A stretch of 64,000 nucleotides of DNA from the NCBI GenBank assembly GCA_030264375.1, contig JASCQW010000001.1:68080035-68144034 (forward strand), in the 5' to 3' direction. Below the pieces are notes generated by a model, which was given only the letters and a program-made list of their open reading frames with translations, was not told the origin of the DNA and did no database searches. The position numbers were made by a program, and so were the translations under genes. Numbering within the stretch: position 1 is the stretch's first letter; each line of letters begins with the position of its first letter. This document shows, in pieces, positions 10,900-24,530 of the stretch. This DNA comes from Carcharhinus longimanus. Lineage: Eukaryota.

Positions 10900-12125
10900 G
10901 CTAACATCCATGCCTTTCTCAACAGTAAACACTGATAAGAAATATTCATTTAGGATCTCACCCGTCTCTTGTGAATCTACACATAGATGACCTTGTTGAT
11001 CCTTAAGAGGCCCTATCCTCTCCCTAGGTACTCTTTTGCCCTCATGTATTTGTAGAATCTTTTTGGATTGTCCTTTGCCTTATCTGCCAAAGCAATCTCA
11101 TGTCCCCTTTTTGCCCTTCTGATTTCTGTTAACTCTACTTTTGTACCATCTTCAAGGGATTCACTTGATCCCAGCTGACTATGCATATCATGTGCCTCCT
11201 TCTTCTTCTTAACCAGGCCTCAATATTCCGAGTCATCCAACGTTTCCAACTTATACCAGCCTTGCCCTTCACTCCAAGAGGAATGTGCTTACCCTGAACC
11301 CTGGTTAACACACTTTTGAAAGTCTCCCACTTACCAGGCATCTCTTTGCCTGCCAACAGACTTCCCCAATTAACTTTTGAAAGTTCCTGTCTGATACCAT
11401 CAAAATTGGCCTTGCCCCAATTTAGAATTGTAATTTTTGGGCCAGACCTATCGTTCTCCATAGCTATCTTAAAACTCGTGGAATTATGGTCACTAGTCCC
11501 AAAGTGATCCCTCACTAACAATTCTGTCACCTGCCCTTCCTTATTTCCCAAGAGGAGGTCAAGTTTTGCCCCCTGTCTAGTCAGGCCATCCACATACTGA
11601 ATGAAAAATTCATCCTGAATACGTCCAACAAATTTCTTTCCATCCAAACCTCTAATACAATGGCTGTCCCAGTCAATGTTGGGNNNNNNNNNNNNNNNNN
11701 NNNNNNNNNNNNNNNNNNNNNNNNNNNNNNNNNNNNNNNNNNNNNNNNNNNNNNNNNNNNNNNNNNNNNNNNNNNNNNNNNNNNNNNNNNNNNNNNNNNN
11801 NNNNNNNNNNNNNNNNNNNNNNNNNNNNNNNNNNNNNNNNNNNNNNNNNNNNNNNNNNNNNNNNNNNNNNNNNNNNNNNNNNNNNNNNNNNNNNNNNNNN
11901 NNNNNNNNNNNNNNNNNNNNNNNNNNNNNNNNNNNNNNNTCTATCTTTCCTATAGCAGGTGTACTCTGGAACACTGAGCTGTCACTCCTGTCCCTCTCTT
12001 AGCCATGTTTCGGTAATAGCTGTAATACCTCAGTCCCATGTACCCATCCATGCCCTGAGTTCATCTGCCTTGCCCATCAGGCCTCTTGCATTAACATAAA
12101 TGTAGTTTAATCTGGACTTCCCTTG
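10900..12125 (-). mobile_element. CR1 ORF2 endonuclease-to-linker fragment (gapped)
   Basis: ORF 11135-11974: PNIDW..QYVDGLTRQGAKLDLLLGN..HFGTSDHN..LNWGKANF. Confidence 0.9.
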
Positions 12126-12599
12126 CTCTCCTTTTGCCTTACCTATCTAGTATTAGGATTACTGACACTGCCTTTACTATTTAACGTGTTGTCCTTAAGA
12201 TGCTGTCCTCAACCTTCTCTTCTGTCTCCCTACTGCTTTGGATCCCACTCCACATCCATCTAAACAGCCTTCCTCTTTTGCTGCTCTCATTCCAGAGAGA
12301 TGGATAATCACCTACTGTGTGTGTCTTTGTTCTTATGTTAGATATTAAAATTATTTTTCAAAAGCATGCATCTCTTGATTTTGTTTTAAAACTGAAAATG
12401 TAATATTCTTGTTAGATTGCTATTGCTCTATTGTTCTCCCTGAACAAATATGACCAACAGCAAAGACCTTCATTTTTTTTGACCAGAGTTTGGAATTAGC
12501 AGCTACCAGCACCAGCTATTTTGTTTCTAAAAATCTACTGCCAATACTTCACGTTGAGGAATATTTTTTCCTGCATTTAGCTGGTAGAAGCGAGATGTC

Positions 12600-15500
12600 A
12601 ATTTTGACAAGTTCCTGGATGGTTTATGAGCCCTATCTTAGCATTACAGGCTCTCCCATCAGTTATAAGCCAGTTGAGGTGGTGGCAAATTGTTGGCTTG
12701 AGCACCTGCCCTCTCTTTCTCTGCCATTGTCTCTCATTTGTTGCTCTTCACTGACACCATGTTTGTGATGAATCACCAGTTTGGTCATGGCTGGACATCA
12801 CGTACCCACCCGTGATGTAAATAGAATTGACTTTCATTGAAGACTGTGAAACTGTCTTAAAATGTTCACTTTTACCCCCACATGAATGGGCACATTGGCA
12901 TAGCACTAAAATAACTTGTTTGAGCAGTATAAGGCAAGTATTCTGAGCAGTGCCATCTGTTACAATCCTGGTTGACGTTTTAACTTGATGGGAAGATCCT
13001 GACTCAAAATACTGTAACTTCTACATTTAAAAAAAAACATGGCGAAACAGTGTCACCAGACCTGCTACTTAGTTTTAACACCAAGAAAAAAATTTAAACA
13101 TGAAACGTTTGATCATTATACAATGATCCTTTACTCCATTCCCCCTGTTAGTTTAACAAATATACACAGATTATAAAGTACATCTTTAGCGACAACGGTC
13201 CCATTAACACAAAGTCCCTTTTAAGCACACAGATTTGTTATGTCAAATTCTCTCACACCACTCTGAACCCAAGTTAGTGACTGTGGATTTTTTCTCAGAA
13301 TCTCTTAGTTGATTTATCATAACATACTTTAAAGTTTCTCATAATAATGCTTTCCCTTACTTATTTGCATCCTGAAATCCAGACCACGTTTTCCAAATGA
13401 CACTTTTAAATAAAGTTTCTGCTCCACTTTCTTTTACGTTAATTGAAGATTTTCTTACACTTTACACAGCAAACAGATACAGATCCTCACAGTACTCACG
13501 GGTATATTCCAACACAACTGGGCTCAGGGCTCTGTGATCAGGAGACAAGCTCCTGGTACCCCCGGCACCACCACCCGGCCCGAGTCCCGTCAACTTGCAC
13601 CAGGAATGACGGTGATAATATTAAAAAAAGGTAGAGGAACACTGCTGGAGAGCCAACTGGGCACCCAAACAGCCCAGGCTACAAACTAGTGAGCAGAGAA
13701 AAGAAAGAGAGAGAGAGCGAGCAATGGAGAGAGAGGAAAGAAAGTGAGGGGGGGGGGGAAAGGAAAGAAAAAGAGAAAAGTTCTCATGGTGGCCCCCACA
13801 TCTCAGCAGGGCGTACTCAAGTAAAGGGCCAGGGTACGTCCACCAATCAGATCTTTAACAAGTATGTTTAATTTTTTTATTTGATTTTTAATCAATCCAC
13901 TTTTAGCAGTGAATCTAATCTAAGATATTCAATTACCGATTTCCCAACCACCCCAGCTTAGGATTTCTTTGTCTTGATTGCTGTATAAGCTTTTGCTTGA
14001 ACTCCTGATTCCCAGACTCTTACTAAAATGGCATCAGATGTTTGGGTTACCTCCGAAGTCTGCCCTTCCACCTTAAATCTGGTTACTGCAATTGTCTCTA
14101 ACGTTGAATTCTTTGTTTACTCTTCCATGAATTCTTCTGAACAATATCTTGGTCTCTGTTCTCTTAACTTCAGTTATCTTAAGAAATTNNNNNNNNNNTC
14201 TCTAGGAAGCCTGCCTTTTTGCAATTCCCGTCCTGTCCAGTTTTTCCTCTGCCAGGGTTCAGAGATATTCATTCCCTGATGCCCTGTCTCCAACTTCATT
14301 ATATCTAGCTAAAACTAAAATTTAAGCTTTTTTTTAGCCTTACAAGAGCTTCCAATTGCCAAGCAATGCACACATACTTCTGTTGGCTTATTTACTTTTC
14401 ACACCGTAGCTCTCTCAAAGCACAATAGAAACACAGTTGGAACTTAACGAACACCACACATACAAACACCTCTGTCCAGCATGAACTTAACTATAGGTTT
14501 TACCCTTCCAGGCACAGAAATATTGAATTAAACACTTAAAACTATACCTTATTTCTATTGTTTACCAGTACAAATATAAATCCCTTAAAACTATCTTTGT
14601 TTTCCTAATACAACCACCTCAAGTGGTACAAGAGTGTCTGGTCTCTAGGCATAGTTGTGTCTTGGAGAATACTCATGTTCGCTCTTTTGTCCCTTCCCTT
14701 GATTCACAAGATACTTTCTAAGATAATGTTGAGTTTGTTGTTCTGGTGCCTTGATAGGGCATCCATAATCTGGCCTTGCTTCGGCACCATGGCAGAACCA
14801 CTGCCCAAGATACCTTTAAGTTTAGTGTCAGGTCGGATATCAAAAAGTACATAATTTACCATAGGCTGAGCTAGTACATGGATTCGGTGGTGTATTACTT
14901 AATCAATTTTAGTTTTTTGGAATTGATAGCTTTCAGGAAATGAAAGACATTTTTGAACACTGTATAATTAATTTCAATTGCAAGCATTGTATTTGACACA
15001 TCTGGCGTGGGTGGGAGAGGACTTTGGTTTTCCTAGTGCACAGGGCAAGATCCATGCTCTTGTAGGCTTCGGTGAATATGTCAACTATTACAGTTCTTCT
15101 ATAGAATGAGCACCAGCTTGTGCACTAGAATACTGCAGTGATAACATAAAAGTTGCCGCTTTCAGTCACATGAGATTGCAGAGTTTATCAGTTATGATGA
15201 TCTTGGGCGAGACTGGTAATTTTTAAGAAATCTAAAATCCCAATTACTTCCAGAAAGAATGAAGTACAAGATTTTACAGTTAAAAACAAAATAACTGTAC
15301 TACACAATAGTCGAACAAAGAAAACATTAAATACTATCTCAGGTAACCTCCCATGCTCTAAAACCCAGAATTAGCACAAATTAATTTTTTTAAACAGGCA
15401 AATTCCAGTCAGTTATAAACTACAAACACTAAATTACACACTAATGGCAAATACAAAGAAAAATCTCATGAATTGGCATCGCAATCTACTCAGCATTTAG

Positions 15501-17400
15501 GTCATAAATCTTAGTCCTTCAAAAATTTGTCTTCTACACAAAATAATTTTAGCTCCTCCTCTTCTATGATTTAATCCTATCCTTAGCCAATAGCAGCACA
15601 CAATCAACTGAGTTCCAGGGTCACAATCTTCACTAAAAGGCATATGTCTGCAGAAGCTTCTTAGCTCTGCTTACAATGAACGATTGGCGTGGCGTAGATT
15701 CATCAATGTTATCTTCAAGAAACAGAAATTACTGCTGCAACTATCTTGGCTTGTTCTCAGTGCCTGAATCTAAATCTTTGTCTTCATCAGCCTGCTTGTA
15801 TTGTACTACAGGACTCGTCATCTATACTGACCTATGAGGGCTCTATCTCCTTTTATATAGTTTCAACCAGAAGCTTTGGTTTCCAATCTCAGCTTTTTTC
15901 ACAAGTTCCAAAACACATTGTGATAAGTTATTACCACAGCTGCAGGAAGCCTGTCAGTAAGTTGCAACATTGCTGCAAGAAAGATAAGAATAATGTTGGT
16001 GCAAAGACACACTCTTGTTTTCACAGGGAAGAGGTCTGTGGTGAAACTATTGCATTGTGCTGTTATTTCCATCTTGCCATGCTGGAGATGGATGCTGTTT
16101 GTGAATTTAGCTGGGTATCCATATCTCTTAGCACCTTCCAAAGGCCAATTCAATTCACCAAGTCAAAGTCTTCTGAGAGTTCAAAAAAAAACATGTACAA
16201 AAGGGACATTTTGAGTTCTGTACTCCTTGTGAAACGCTGTTCTTCTGGAAAGTTAATATCAATGCTGGGATTCAGGAAGGACCTCCCCTGTATTTGGTGA
16301 GAGATAATTGAGTAACCTTGTTAGAACTTTGCTAATATTTGAGTGCAATGCTGGGTCCAGTAGTTGTTATCGTTCATCTTGGCTCCTTTCTTGAAGATTG
16401 CGACCATCATGGTGTCAAAGGTCACTTGGAATTTTCACATTCTGCCAGAGCTTCACAAAATGGTCATATAGCTGAGATGTCAATATGTCTCCTCCATGTT
16501 TCAGTAGGGATGCTGTCAGGCCCAGAAAGATTTGTTGGATCACTGTCTAGCTTAATTCTGATTGTGTTGTGGGAGCTTCTCCAGCAGGTGCATGTCTGCC
16601 ATGGAGTTCTGATTAAGTAAAGTTAACGTTGCCATCTTTGGATCTTACCACTGTTGGTTAATGTGTTAAGGGTCTCTTTGGTTGCACTGAAAAAGGCATA
16701 CGTCAGCAAGGCATACATTTACTCAGGTGTTCTCTGTCCACCCTTTTGTTCTTCAAATCACAAGTTCTTCTTTCAAATTCAGCTTTGGTTGTCTAATGGG
16801 CAAGCTGCTTCCCTGTGAAACCTGAATCGCATTTCCAGGTTTGAAATGCTGTCTGTTTTCTATTGATGAGGTTCCTTATTTTATCAGTCCCATCTCAGCT
16901 TTGGTGTCTTCTGGTGGTGTGTTCAAGGATTTCTTAGTGTGCATGAGTGATGATGGATTTCAATGATTGCCAGCCATCTTGGATGTAGTTAATTGTATGA
17001 CGATCCATTCCTATGATTTCCAATTCATTTGTTCTCAAAATTCCTTGAGATTGATGTTGTTTTGCAGCCTTAGAAACCTCAAACTTGCTCCATACCTGTT
17101 ACAACTGTCGGTTCATTTTGGGGTTGCCTTGAGTACCAATAATAAGCAAATGAGCTAATGGTCTGTCCACCATCTGTCCATCTTCAGTCACAGCCATTGT
17201 AGATATAATGTGCAAATATTTCCAATCCCTGGCACTGACTCTCAAATAGTCTATTAGGTGCCAGCCTCCATTCTTGGGTGTTGCCAGGATGTTTTGATTT
17301 GATTTTTCTGGTAGTAAAGGATGTTAGTAACCACAAAATCATGTTCAGAACACAGAGTAAGGAGGCATACATTATTTAAATTGGACTTTTGAATTCTAGA
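12600..17400 (-). mobile_element. Old, interrupted RTE-clade LINE
   Basis: Degenerate minus-strand motifs in colinear order: SEHDFVVTN..KTSWQHPR (EN, about 17250-17370), KRYGYPAKF..LQHGKM..TTDLFPVKT (RT, about 16000-16130), DTKLK..RANMSILQ..LRW (about 14615-14850), continuing left of 13013. Confidence 0.7.
13013..14612. mobile_element. Probable solo LTR-like element nested in the RTE (with a further insert at about 13470-13890)
   Basis: Starts TGTA, ends TACA, non-coding, and interrupts the RTE LRW|..VRM motif; no clean TSD seen. Confidence 0.45.
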
Positions 17401-18629
17401 TTTTCCAGTGGTGCTCAGCCAAAGGCATGGCAATGAATCACCAAGAAATATGATCTCAGTATGGCTGTCAGAGTTGATTCTAGGTTGGAGTAGAAGGTTT
17501 ATTTCACTTCATCCTTGGAGACCAAGGTAAACTCTAGTGAGAGTGGCAGATATTGCCTTTGAGCTAACACTCATTCATGAAGAATCTCCATGAGGTCATT
17601 TTTCTGGCAAAGCTGATTGTGAAGTCATATGGAGCTCACAGGTGACTATCACTGTTTGTCTCACAGGTATTTTGAGTTACCCAATAACAACCTGATATTC
17701 CAATATCACATCTCAATTGTTTTGGAGAGTTTCAACTGCTGATGGGTTATCCTGCTGGATGTAGTTTTCCAGCTGGGTTTGGGATGGGTCAAGCTATTTT
17801 AAAGCACCCTTTCTAGCCCCTTCCTCTAGTGGGGTGAACATAGATGATCTTGAAGAGGGCTGTTCAGACAGAATAACTAATAGCAAATCACTTATGCAGC
17901 ATTTAAGAATGATGCTATTAATTGAGAAACTGCCAACTTTGTGTCAGATTATGACTAGAAGCTCCCAGATTTATTGGTTCTGCTCCCATTGCCACTAGCT
18001 GATTGAAAAAGGACTTGAGGAAATTTTCCACCACAGAAGGACTTGTGCACGGTTCTCTTTTAAAATACGAGGCCTATTGTACAGCAGGTACCACACTATC
18101 TTGACAGGGTACTGTCTGGTTGCAGTGGTCAACCAAGCCTTTGTAACAGAGGACAAACTCCTGCTGCAACTTTTCATCCATCTTCACATACATCATCAGA
18201 TCCACCATTGATTTTTATGGTAGGACTTAGTGAAGAGCAGGAGACACAATTCAATGTAACAGGGTGCTCTAAAGTAGGTTTGTAGGGTTTTCAATTCTGC
18301 AGATGCACAATCTCTTCTTCAACCCACCCTAAACACGCTGTCAGTGCAGTGCACAGCTACTTATTCATCCAGAGAGGTCGTGAGAATTTTGCAGTTAGCC
18401 TTCATTTCTGTAGGTATCTCCAGCTATTGACAAGGTTGGTAGCTGAAGCTCACCCCAATAAAATGACCCTTAAAATGTTTCTATATAGAAATGCATGAAA
18501 TTTACAACTTTAGGAGAAAGGCCATATAATTCAACAAATCCATGTTGGTCATTTTTCTCAGCACGATTACCAGTATGGAGTTTGAACTGTAATTGTAATG
18601 TTTAGTATGAACCCTTTCTTAGAAAACTG

Positions 18630-19270
18630 TTCAAAGTAAAATCCATATCCAACTATCCTGCAATTCCATGCATAAATCTCTCCAATCAATTTCTGCCCTG
18701 CCACAGTAACAATAGTCTTAATCCAAATTACAAATGATGTTGTCTGACATTAACCATGACGCCTTTTCCCTTCTTAATCTCACTGCAGCCTTTGACATGA
18801 TTAACTACACCTTGTTCCTCCAGTGCTTGCGTATGCTGCTATTTTATCTGACCTTTCCAGCTGTAGCCAGACTTCAGCAATGGATTTTTTCCTGTGTCAC
18901 ACAATATCATCTCTGGAGCCTCACGAGTAGTTCTGTGCCCCCCATCATTTTCAATCTGCCCCCTTAGTTATATTATTCAAAGGTATTTCACATATATGAA
19001 AATGGCATACAGCCTGACCTCACCATCGCCTCTCTTGACTTTTCCATTACCTCTTTGTTGTCAGCTCATTTATCTGAGGATGAGTTGCAATTTCATTGAA
19101 TTATTAAATAAAGGAAAGAGCAAAACTATTGTTTTTAACCATCCAACCTAACGCATTGCACAGTTTCCTCACCACCAATTCCACCCCCCCTCTTCAGCCA
19201 GTCTCTCATATTGAACTGTTCATACATCTTCATCCTATTTGAATCCAACCTGAAATCCAAGCACATAGCC
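18630..19270 (+). mobile_element. Old L2 LINE RT fragment
   Basis: Degenerate LIQITND..LLNLTAAFDMINY resembling the L2 LDLSAAFDTVDH motif. Confidence 0.65.
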
Positions 19271-19496
19271 TTCTAAGAAATTACAATCAATTCAATGTGT
19301 CGATCTATTTAGCATGGAAGAACCAAAAAAGGAAGCATATGCTAAAAGGGAATGGTAATATAAAATAAAAATTAGGAACAAATTCCAAGACAAATTTTTA
19401 TACATCAATGAAGGCTATAACCCAATGTTCCCCTATGCTTACAGAGGCAACATAGATTAAATGCAGAAGGCAGGGAATAATAATCAAGAAAATTTT

Positions 19497-19769
19497 AAAG
19501 TTTATTTATTTGTCACAAGATTTATATTAACAGTGCAACGAAGTTACTGTGAAATTCCCCTAGTTGGCACAATCCAGCGTCTGTTCAGGTCAATGCACCT
19601 AACCAGCATGTCTTTCAGACTGTGGGAGGAAACCAGAGCTCCCAGAGGAAACCCATGCAGAACAAGGAGAACATGCAAACTCCACACAGACAATGACCCA
19701 AGCTGGAATTGAACCCAGGTCCCTGGTGCTCGAAGCAGCAGTACTAACCACTGTGCTACTGTGCTGCCC
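19497..19769 (-). mobile_element. V-SINE (HE1-like) with tRNA head
   Basis: Minus strand GGGCAGCACAGTAGCACAGTGGTTAG (A box), GGTTCAATTCC (B box), V-domain GTGTGGAGTTTGCATGTTCTCC..GGGTTTCCTC..GGTTTCCTCCCACAGTC, AATAAATAAA tail. An isolated tail fragment also lies at about 21545-21640. Confidence 0.85.
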
Positions 19770-21837
19770 AGGTTATATTGGAGCAGATTTTGTGGTCAAT
19801 GATACAGAGGCACATGCCACTGTCTGTATTTTAAATTACATTCTGACCTTTTTCACAAACTATGGTGGAAACTTGGATCCATGCTGCTTTAGGGAGAACA
19901 TTGGTGAGAAAAGTCAGGTCTAGTGATGCAGCACAATTCCAAACAAGCCACTGCCTTTTTTGATGCCTTGAGCTCAAGATATGCCTCTTGGGGCCTGGCC
20001 TTCAGTTCGATGACAGAAAAGTATATTTTATCATTTTTAAATGTCTTCTTTATTGAATCTTTAAACCTAGTTTCCTGCATGGCTGAAATGGTCCAAAGTA
20101 CTTCAACCTCAGACAATGAAGTTTAATTAACCAAGGACAGTCCAACTTGAGCAGCAAAAAGCTATCCTCATCAGTGAGAGTTCTTTCCAAGTTCACGGCA
20201 TTTATTCCTTGCAAAATAAAGCATCTTGATTTTTTTTATTAGGCTTCACTTTGCTATAATATTAATCAGTCCAACTTCTATAAACCTAGAGAAATGCTAG
20301 TCACTGTATATGCGCAATTATAGCATCCAGTTCATTTAACAAATACCTGTTATGTCCTTCCAAATCATTCACCCAAATACTGGATAGTAAAGGTAAACTT
20401 TTACTTATAAGATATATAGGATCCGTAAACATGATGTTGATCCCGAGCATATCTAGTAGAACCTTGAATTTTGCTGCACCCATCTTGAATAATGCTCACA
20501 GCTCCATTAATCAAATAATATCACTGCCTGTTAAGTACAGAAGCCATTCAGATGAATCCAGCTATTATGGATTTAAATTATGAGCAAGATTAAGGAAACA
20601 GATTTACTTTGGAATGTAACATGCTTCAAACTTGAATTATAAAAGGGGTTGATAAATTTCATCCAAGTAATTTGTTTACTGAATAAAAAGTTCAAACAAC
20701 TGAGGGGCAAGCTAAAACTTAGGATATCATAAATAAGAAGGATTATAATAATTTTTACACAAAACTCAATAAAGTTGTGTAATAAAGATAAGGTCATGAA
20801 AATGAACAGTATTAATAGCTTTAAAAGGCAACTGGTGGGTTTCTGGAATAAAGGATATTGAAGGATAGGATTAGAAGACAGGAAAAAGGATAGTTCTGCT
20901 GCAGCAATTAGCATTTCCAATTTCTAAACTCATATTTTACTGTATCTAGAATCAAGCATATTTCCTGTTGAATCAGTCACAGAGCAACACTGCTAAATAC
21001 ATAGACCTGTAGTTTGGATTACCATACTATTCTGACAAATAGGTGCAGTGCATGGNNNNNNNNNNCAAACAGTTAATAAGAGTCAGATTCAAAATTGCTT
21101 TCTTACTCATATGCTTCAAATACTTTGAATAGCAAACAGTTATGCATTTCTATTTTGCACTGCTCTAAATAACAAGCTACTTATTGGTCTGACACTGATC
21201 CTTAGAAACAAGTGCAAACTGTCAAAACAAGATCTATTGTAGGTGTTTATAAAGCCATAAACTGTCTCTCCTCAGCAGTATTACAGTATAGCACGTAATT
21301 GATATACATTTCACTTCTACCTGTGCTATCAAGAACCTTCCAAAGTCTCCAATAGTGTTCTCAATATCATAGACTTGATCTAGATACACAGTACATACCT
21401 GGGTACTTGCTCTGGAAATGTTGCACAAATTATTCTCTGGCGTAACTGAACTGAGCATCTCAACCGACACCTTCAATCCAAGCCCCACACCTCCACCCAA
21501 ACTGACTACCATCCCATCTATCAGAAGATTTGAGACCTTAATTTTTTTTATTTGAGTCACAAGTAAGCTTACATTAACGTTACACTGAAATTACTGTGAA
21601 AATCCCCTAGTCACCACGCTTTGCCACCTGTTCAGGTACAGAAGAAGAATTTAGTGTGGCAGCTACTGTCATAAAAAGGAGGTATGCCCTCTCTTCATTT
21701 GTCTTCTTCCACATTTGGTCATCTTGCCCTGAAGAGACTGCACTGGTCCCCTTCTTTTGCAGCAAGGATCAAAAGTCCAGGTTGAAAGTGCACAGTATAG
21801 TAAGGGCTCAGAAACCATTTTGGGGAGCCCAGAGCAA

Positions 21838-21945
21838 TTCTGATTTGGGTCACTGACTTGAAACCTTAACCTGGTACCTTTCCACTGATGCTGAGCATTT
21901 TCTGTTTTATTTCAGATTTCCAGCAACTGCAATATTTTGCCTTTT
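21838..21945 (+). mobile_element. Decayed family-B Penelope-type repeat with hammerhead remnant
   Basis: TTCTGATTT-GGGTC(ACT)GACTT-GAAA-CC-TT followed by the CATTTTCTGTTTTATTTCAGATTTCCAGC tail shared with 52324-52553. Confidence 0.55.
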
Positions 21946-22082
21946 TTTGAGACATACTACATTTCTTTATTATGCTGCCTCCTCAATTAGACATTATTCT
22001 GTCATTTCTCTGGATAGCACTAATAGAATTTCCCCAGTATTCAACAAGCAGCTACTGGAATCAGACCCTGGTCTCTGTACTT

Positions 22083-22875
22083 AGAATCATAGATGGGTTA
22101 TAGTGCAGAACAAATCTATTTGGCCCATCAAGTCTGTGCAAATTCTCTGCAAAAACAATTTAGCTAGTTCCACTTCTCTATGCTTTCCCTGTACTCTGCA
22201 AATATTTCCAGTTATTTATCCAATTCCAATTTATCCAATTTTGACAACTATAACTGAATATTCTTCCCTACCCTTTCAGGCAATGCATTCCAGATCACAA
22301 GTACTCACTAAATAAAGAAACTTTTCTTCATCATTTTTGGTTCTTTTGCCAATCACTTTACATCTTTGTTCTTTGTTCTTTGATCTGTTTCCTCTGATTC
22401 TTGACCTTGTGCCAATGGAAACAGCTTCTCTTTATCTAGATCCCTCATAATTTTGAACATCTCTATCAAATCTCAGAATCTTAAGAAGGACCTATGTTGA
22501 CTTCTCCCTTCTATCCATTTTACTGAAGTCCCTCATTCCTGATCCATTCTCTAAAATCTTCATGTCCTTTTTAAAGTACACTTCCTAAACTGTAGATAAT
22601 ACTCCAGTTGTGGCCTAACCAATATTTTATAAAGTGCCACTCACCTGATGAAGGAGCAGCACTCTGAAAACTAGTGATTCCAAATAAACTTTTTGGACTT
22701 TAACCTGGTGTTGAGAGATTTCTTACTCTATTTATAAAGCTCAGGATCAAGTATACCTTATTAATCACTTTCAACTTGTCTTGCCAACCTCAACTATTTG
22801 TTCACATATACCTCTCAGTCTCTCTGTGCCCTTTTGGAATTGTGCTCTTTTGTTTTATATTGCTTCTCCTTGTTC
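22083..22875 (-). mobile_element. Old CR1 3' fragment
   Basis: Reverse-complement CR1 C-terminal/3' UTR features (GDLIEMFKIM-like; GATTCTA tail at about 22085). Confidence 0.7.
22635..22730 (+). mobile_element. Penelope-like terminal-repeat insertion (family A) with hammerhead motif and 9-bp TSD
   Basis: 22642-22676 CAC-CTGATGA-A-GGAG(CAGCA)CTCT-GAAA-AC-TA-GTG; flanked by TTTATAAAG at 22626-22634 and 22731-22739. Confidence 0.8.
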
Positions 22876-23149
22876 TATTAAAACGTATCACTTCGTATGA
22901 GTAGTTGGAGTTTCAATTCCTCCTACTTATCACTATACATCTTCAAACTTTAGATTAAAAAAACTTAGTTTCCCTGCCTAGATATTAGAAGTAGGTTTAA
23001 AAAATTAAGTTCATTTTAATTTTAAATACATGTTTGCATTTAATTACTGCCTACCCATTATTCATCAGCCAATGAATCCTGCCTAAATCAATTCCCCAAC
23101 AGAAGCATTCAGAATTCTCCTCATCTATCTCTTTGAACCTATCCTGACC

Positions 23150-24530
23150 TAGGGAAATTATTGGAGAGGATTCTTCGAGACAGATTTACTCCCACTTGGA
23201 AGTAAGTTGATGTATTAGCGAGAGGCAACATGGTTTTGTGAAGGGGAAGTGGTGTCTCACTAACTTGACAGAGTTTTTTGAGGAAGTGACGAAGATGATT
23301 GATGAGTGTAAGTCAGTGGATGTTGTCTATATGGACTTCAGTAAGCCCTTTGACAAGGTCCCTCCTGACAGATCAGTGCAAAAGGTGAAGTTGCATGGAA
23401 TCAGAGGTGAGCTGGCAAGGTGGATACAAAACTGGCTTGGTCGTAGTAGAGAGGGTAGCAGTGGAAGGGTGCATTTCTGAATGGAGGGCTGTGATAAGTG
23501 GTGTTCCTCGGGAATCAGTGATGGGACCCTTGCTGTTTATATATATATACATATATGTATATATATATATATGTATATATATAAATGATTTGGAAGAAAA
23601 TGTAACTGGATTGATTAGTAAGTTTGCAGATGACACAAAGGTTGGTGGACGTGCAGATAGCGGTGAGGACCATCAGAGGATACAGCACGAAATAGATCAG
23701 TTGGATACTTAGGTAGAGAGATGGCAGTTGGAGTTTAATCCAGACAAATGTGAGGTAATGCATTTTGAAAGGTCTAACACAGATAGGAAATATACAGTAA
23801 ATGTCAGGACCCTTAAGAGTATTGATAGGCATAGGGATCTGGGCGTACAGGTACACAGGTCACTGAAGGTGGCAACGCAGGTGGAGAAAGACTCAAGAAG
23901 GCATACGGCATGCTTGCCTTCATCAGCTTGGGCACTGAGTTTAAAAATTNNNNNNNNNNNNNNNNNNNNNNNNNNNNNNNNNNNNNNNNNNNNNNNNNNN
24001 NNNNNNNNNNNNNNNNNNNNNNNNNNNNNNNNNNNNNNNNNNNNNNNNNNNNNNNNNNNNNNNNNNNNNNNNNNNNNNNNNNNNNNNNNNNNNNNNNNNN
24101 NNNNNNNNNNNNNNNNNNNNNNNNNNNNNNNNNNNNNNNNNNNNNNNNNNNNNNNNNNNNNNNNNNNNNNNNNNAATTATAAAGGGCATGGACAGAATGG
24201 ATAGTCAGAAGCTTTTTCTCAGGATGGAAAAGTCAATTATTAGGAGGCATAGTTTAAGGTGCGAAGGGTAGGATTTAAAAGAGAAGTACGAGGTAAGTTT
24301 TTCTTACACTGAAGGTGGTGGATGCCTAGAACTTGCTGTGGGGGAAGTAGTGGAAGCAGATACGATAGTGACTTTTAAGGGATATCTGACAAATACAAGA
24401 ATAGAATGGGAATACAGGGATATGCAGCCCGGAAGGGTACAGGGGTTTAATTCAGTTGGGCAGCATAGTCAGTGCAGGTTTGGAGGGCCAAAGGGCCTGT
24501 TCCTGTGCTGTAATTTTCTTTGTTCACTTT
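23150..24530 (+). mobile_element. 5'-truncated CR1 LINE (RT to 3' UTR, gapped)
   Basis: CLTNLTEFFEEVT..VDVVYMDFSKPFDKVP, SGVPRESVMGPLLF, SKFADDTKVGG, FNPDKCEVMHF. Confidence 0.93.
23538..23583. repeat. (TA)n microsatellite inside CR1 RT
   Basis: Interrupted TA run expanding the IYIND codons. Confidence 0.9.

Noticed and set aside
1174-21560. Short minus-strand ORFs as possible MICU3 exon 2 (1174, 19889, 20301, 21234)
   Set aside because: None contains the expected RERRFRLFAS..MTP..DEPK-type motif.
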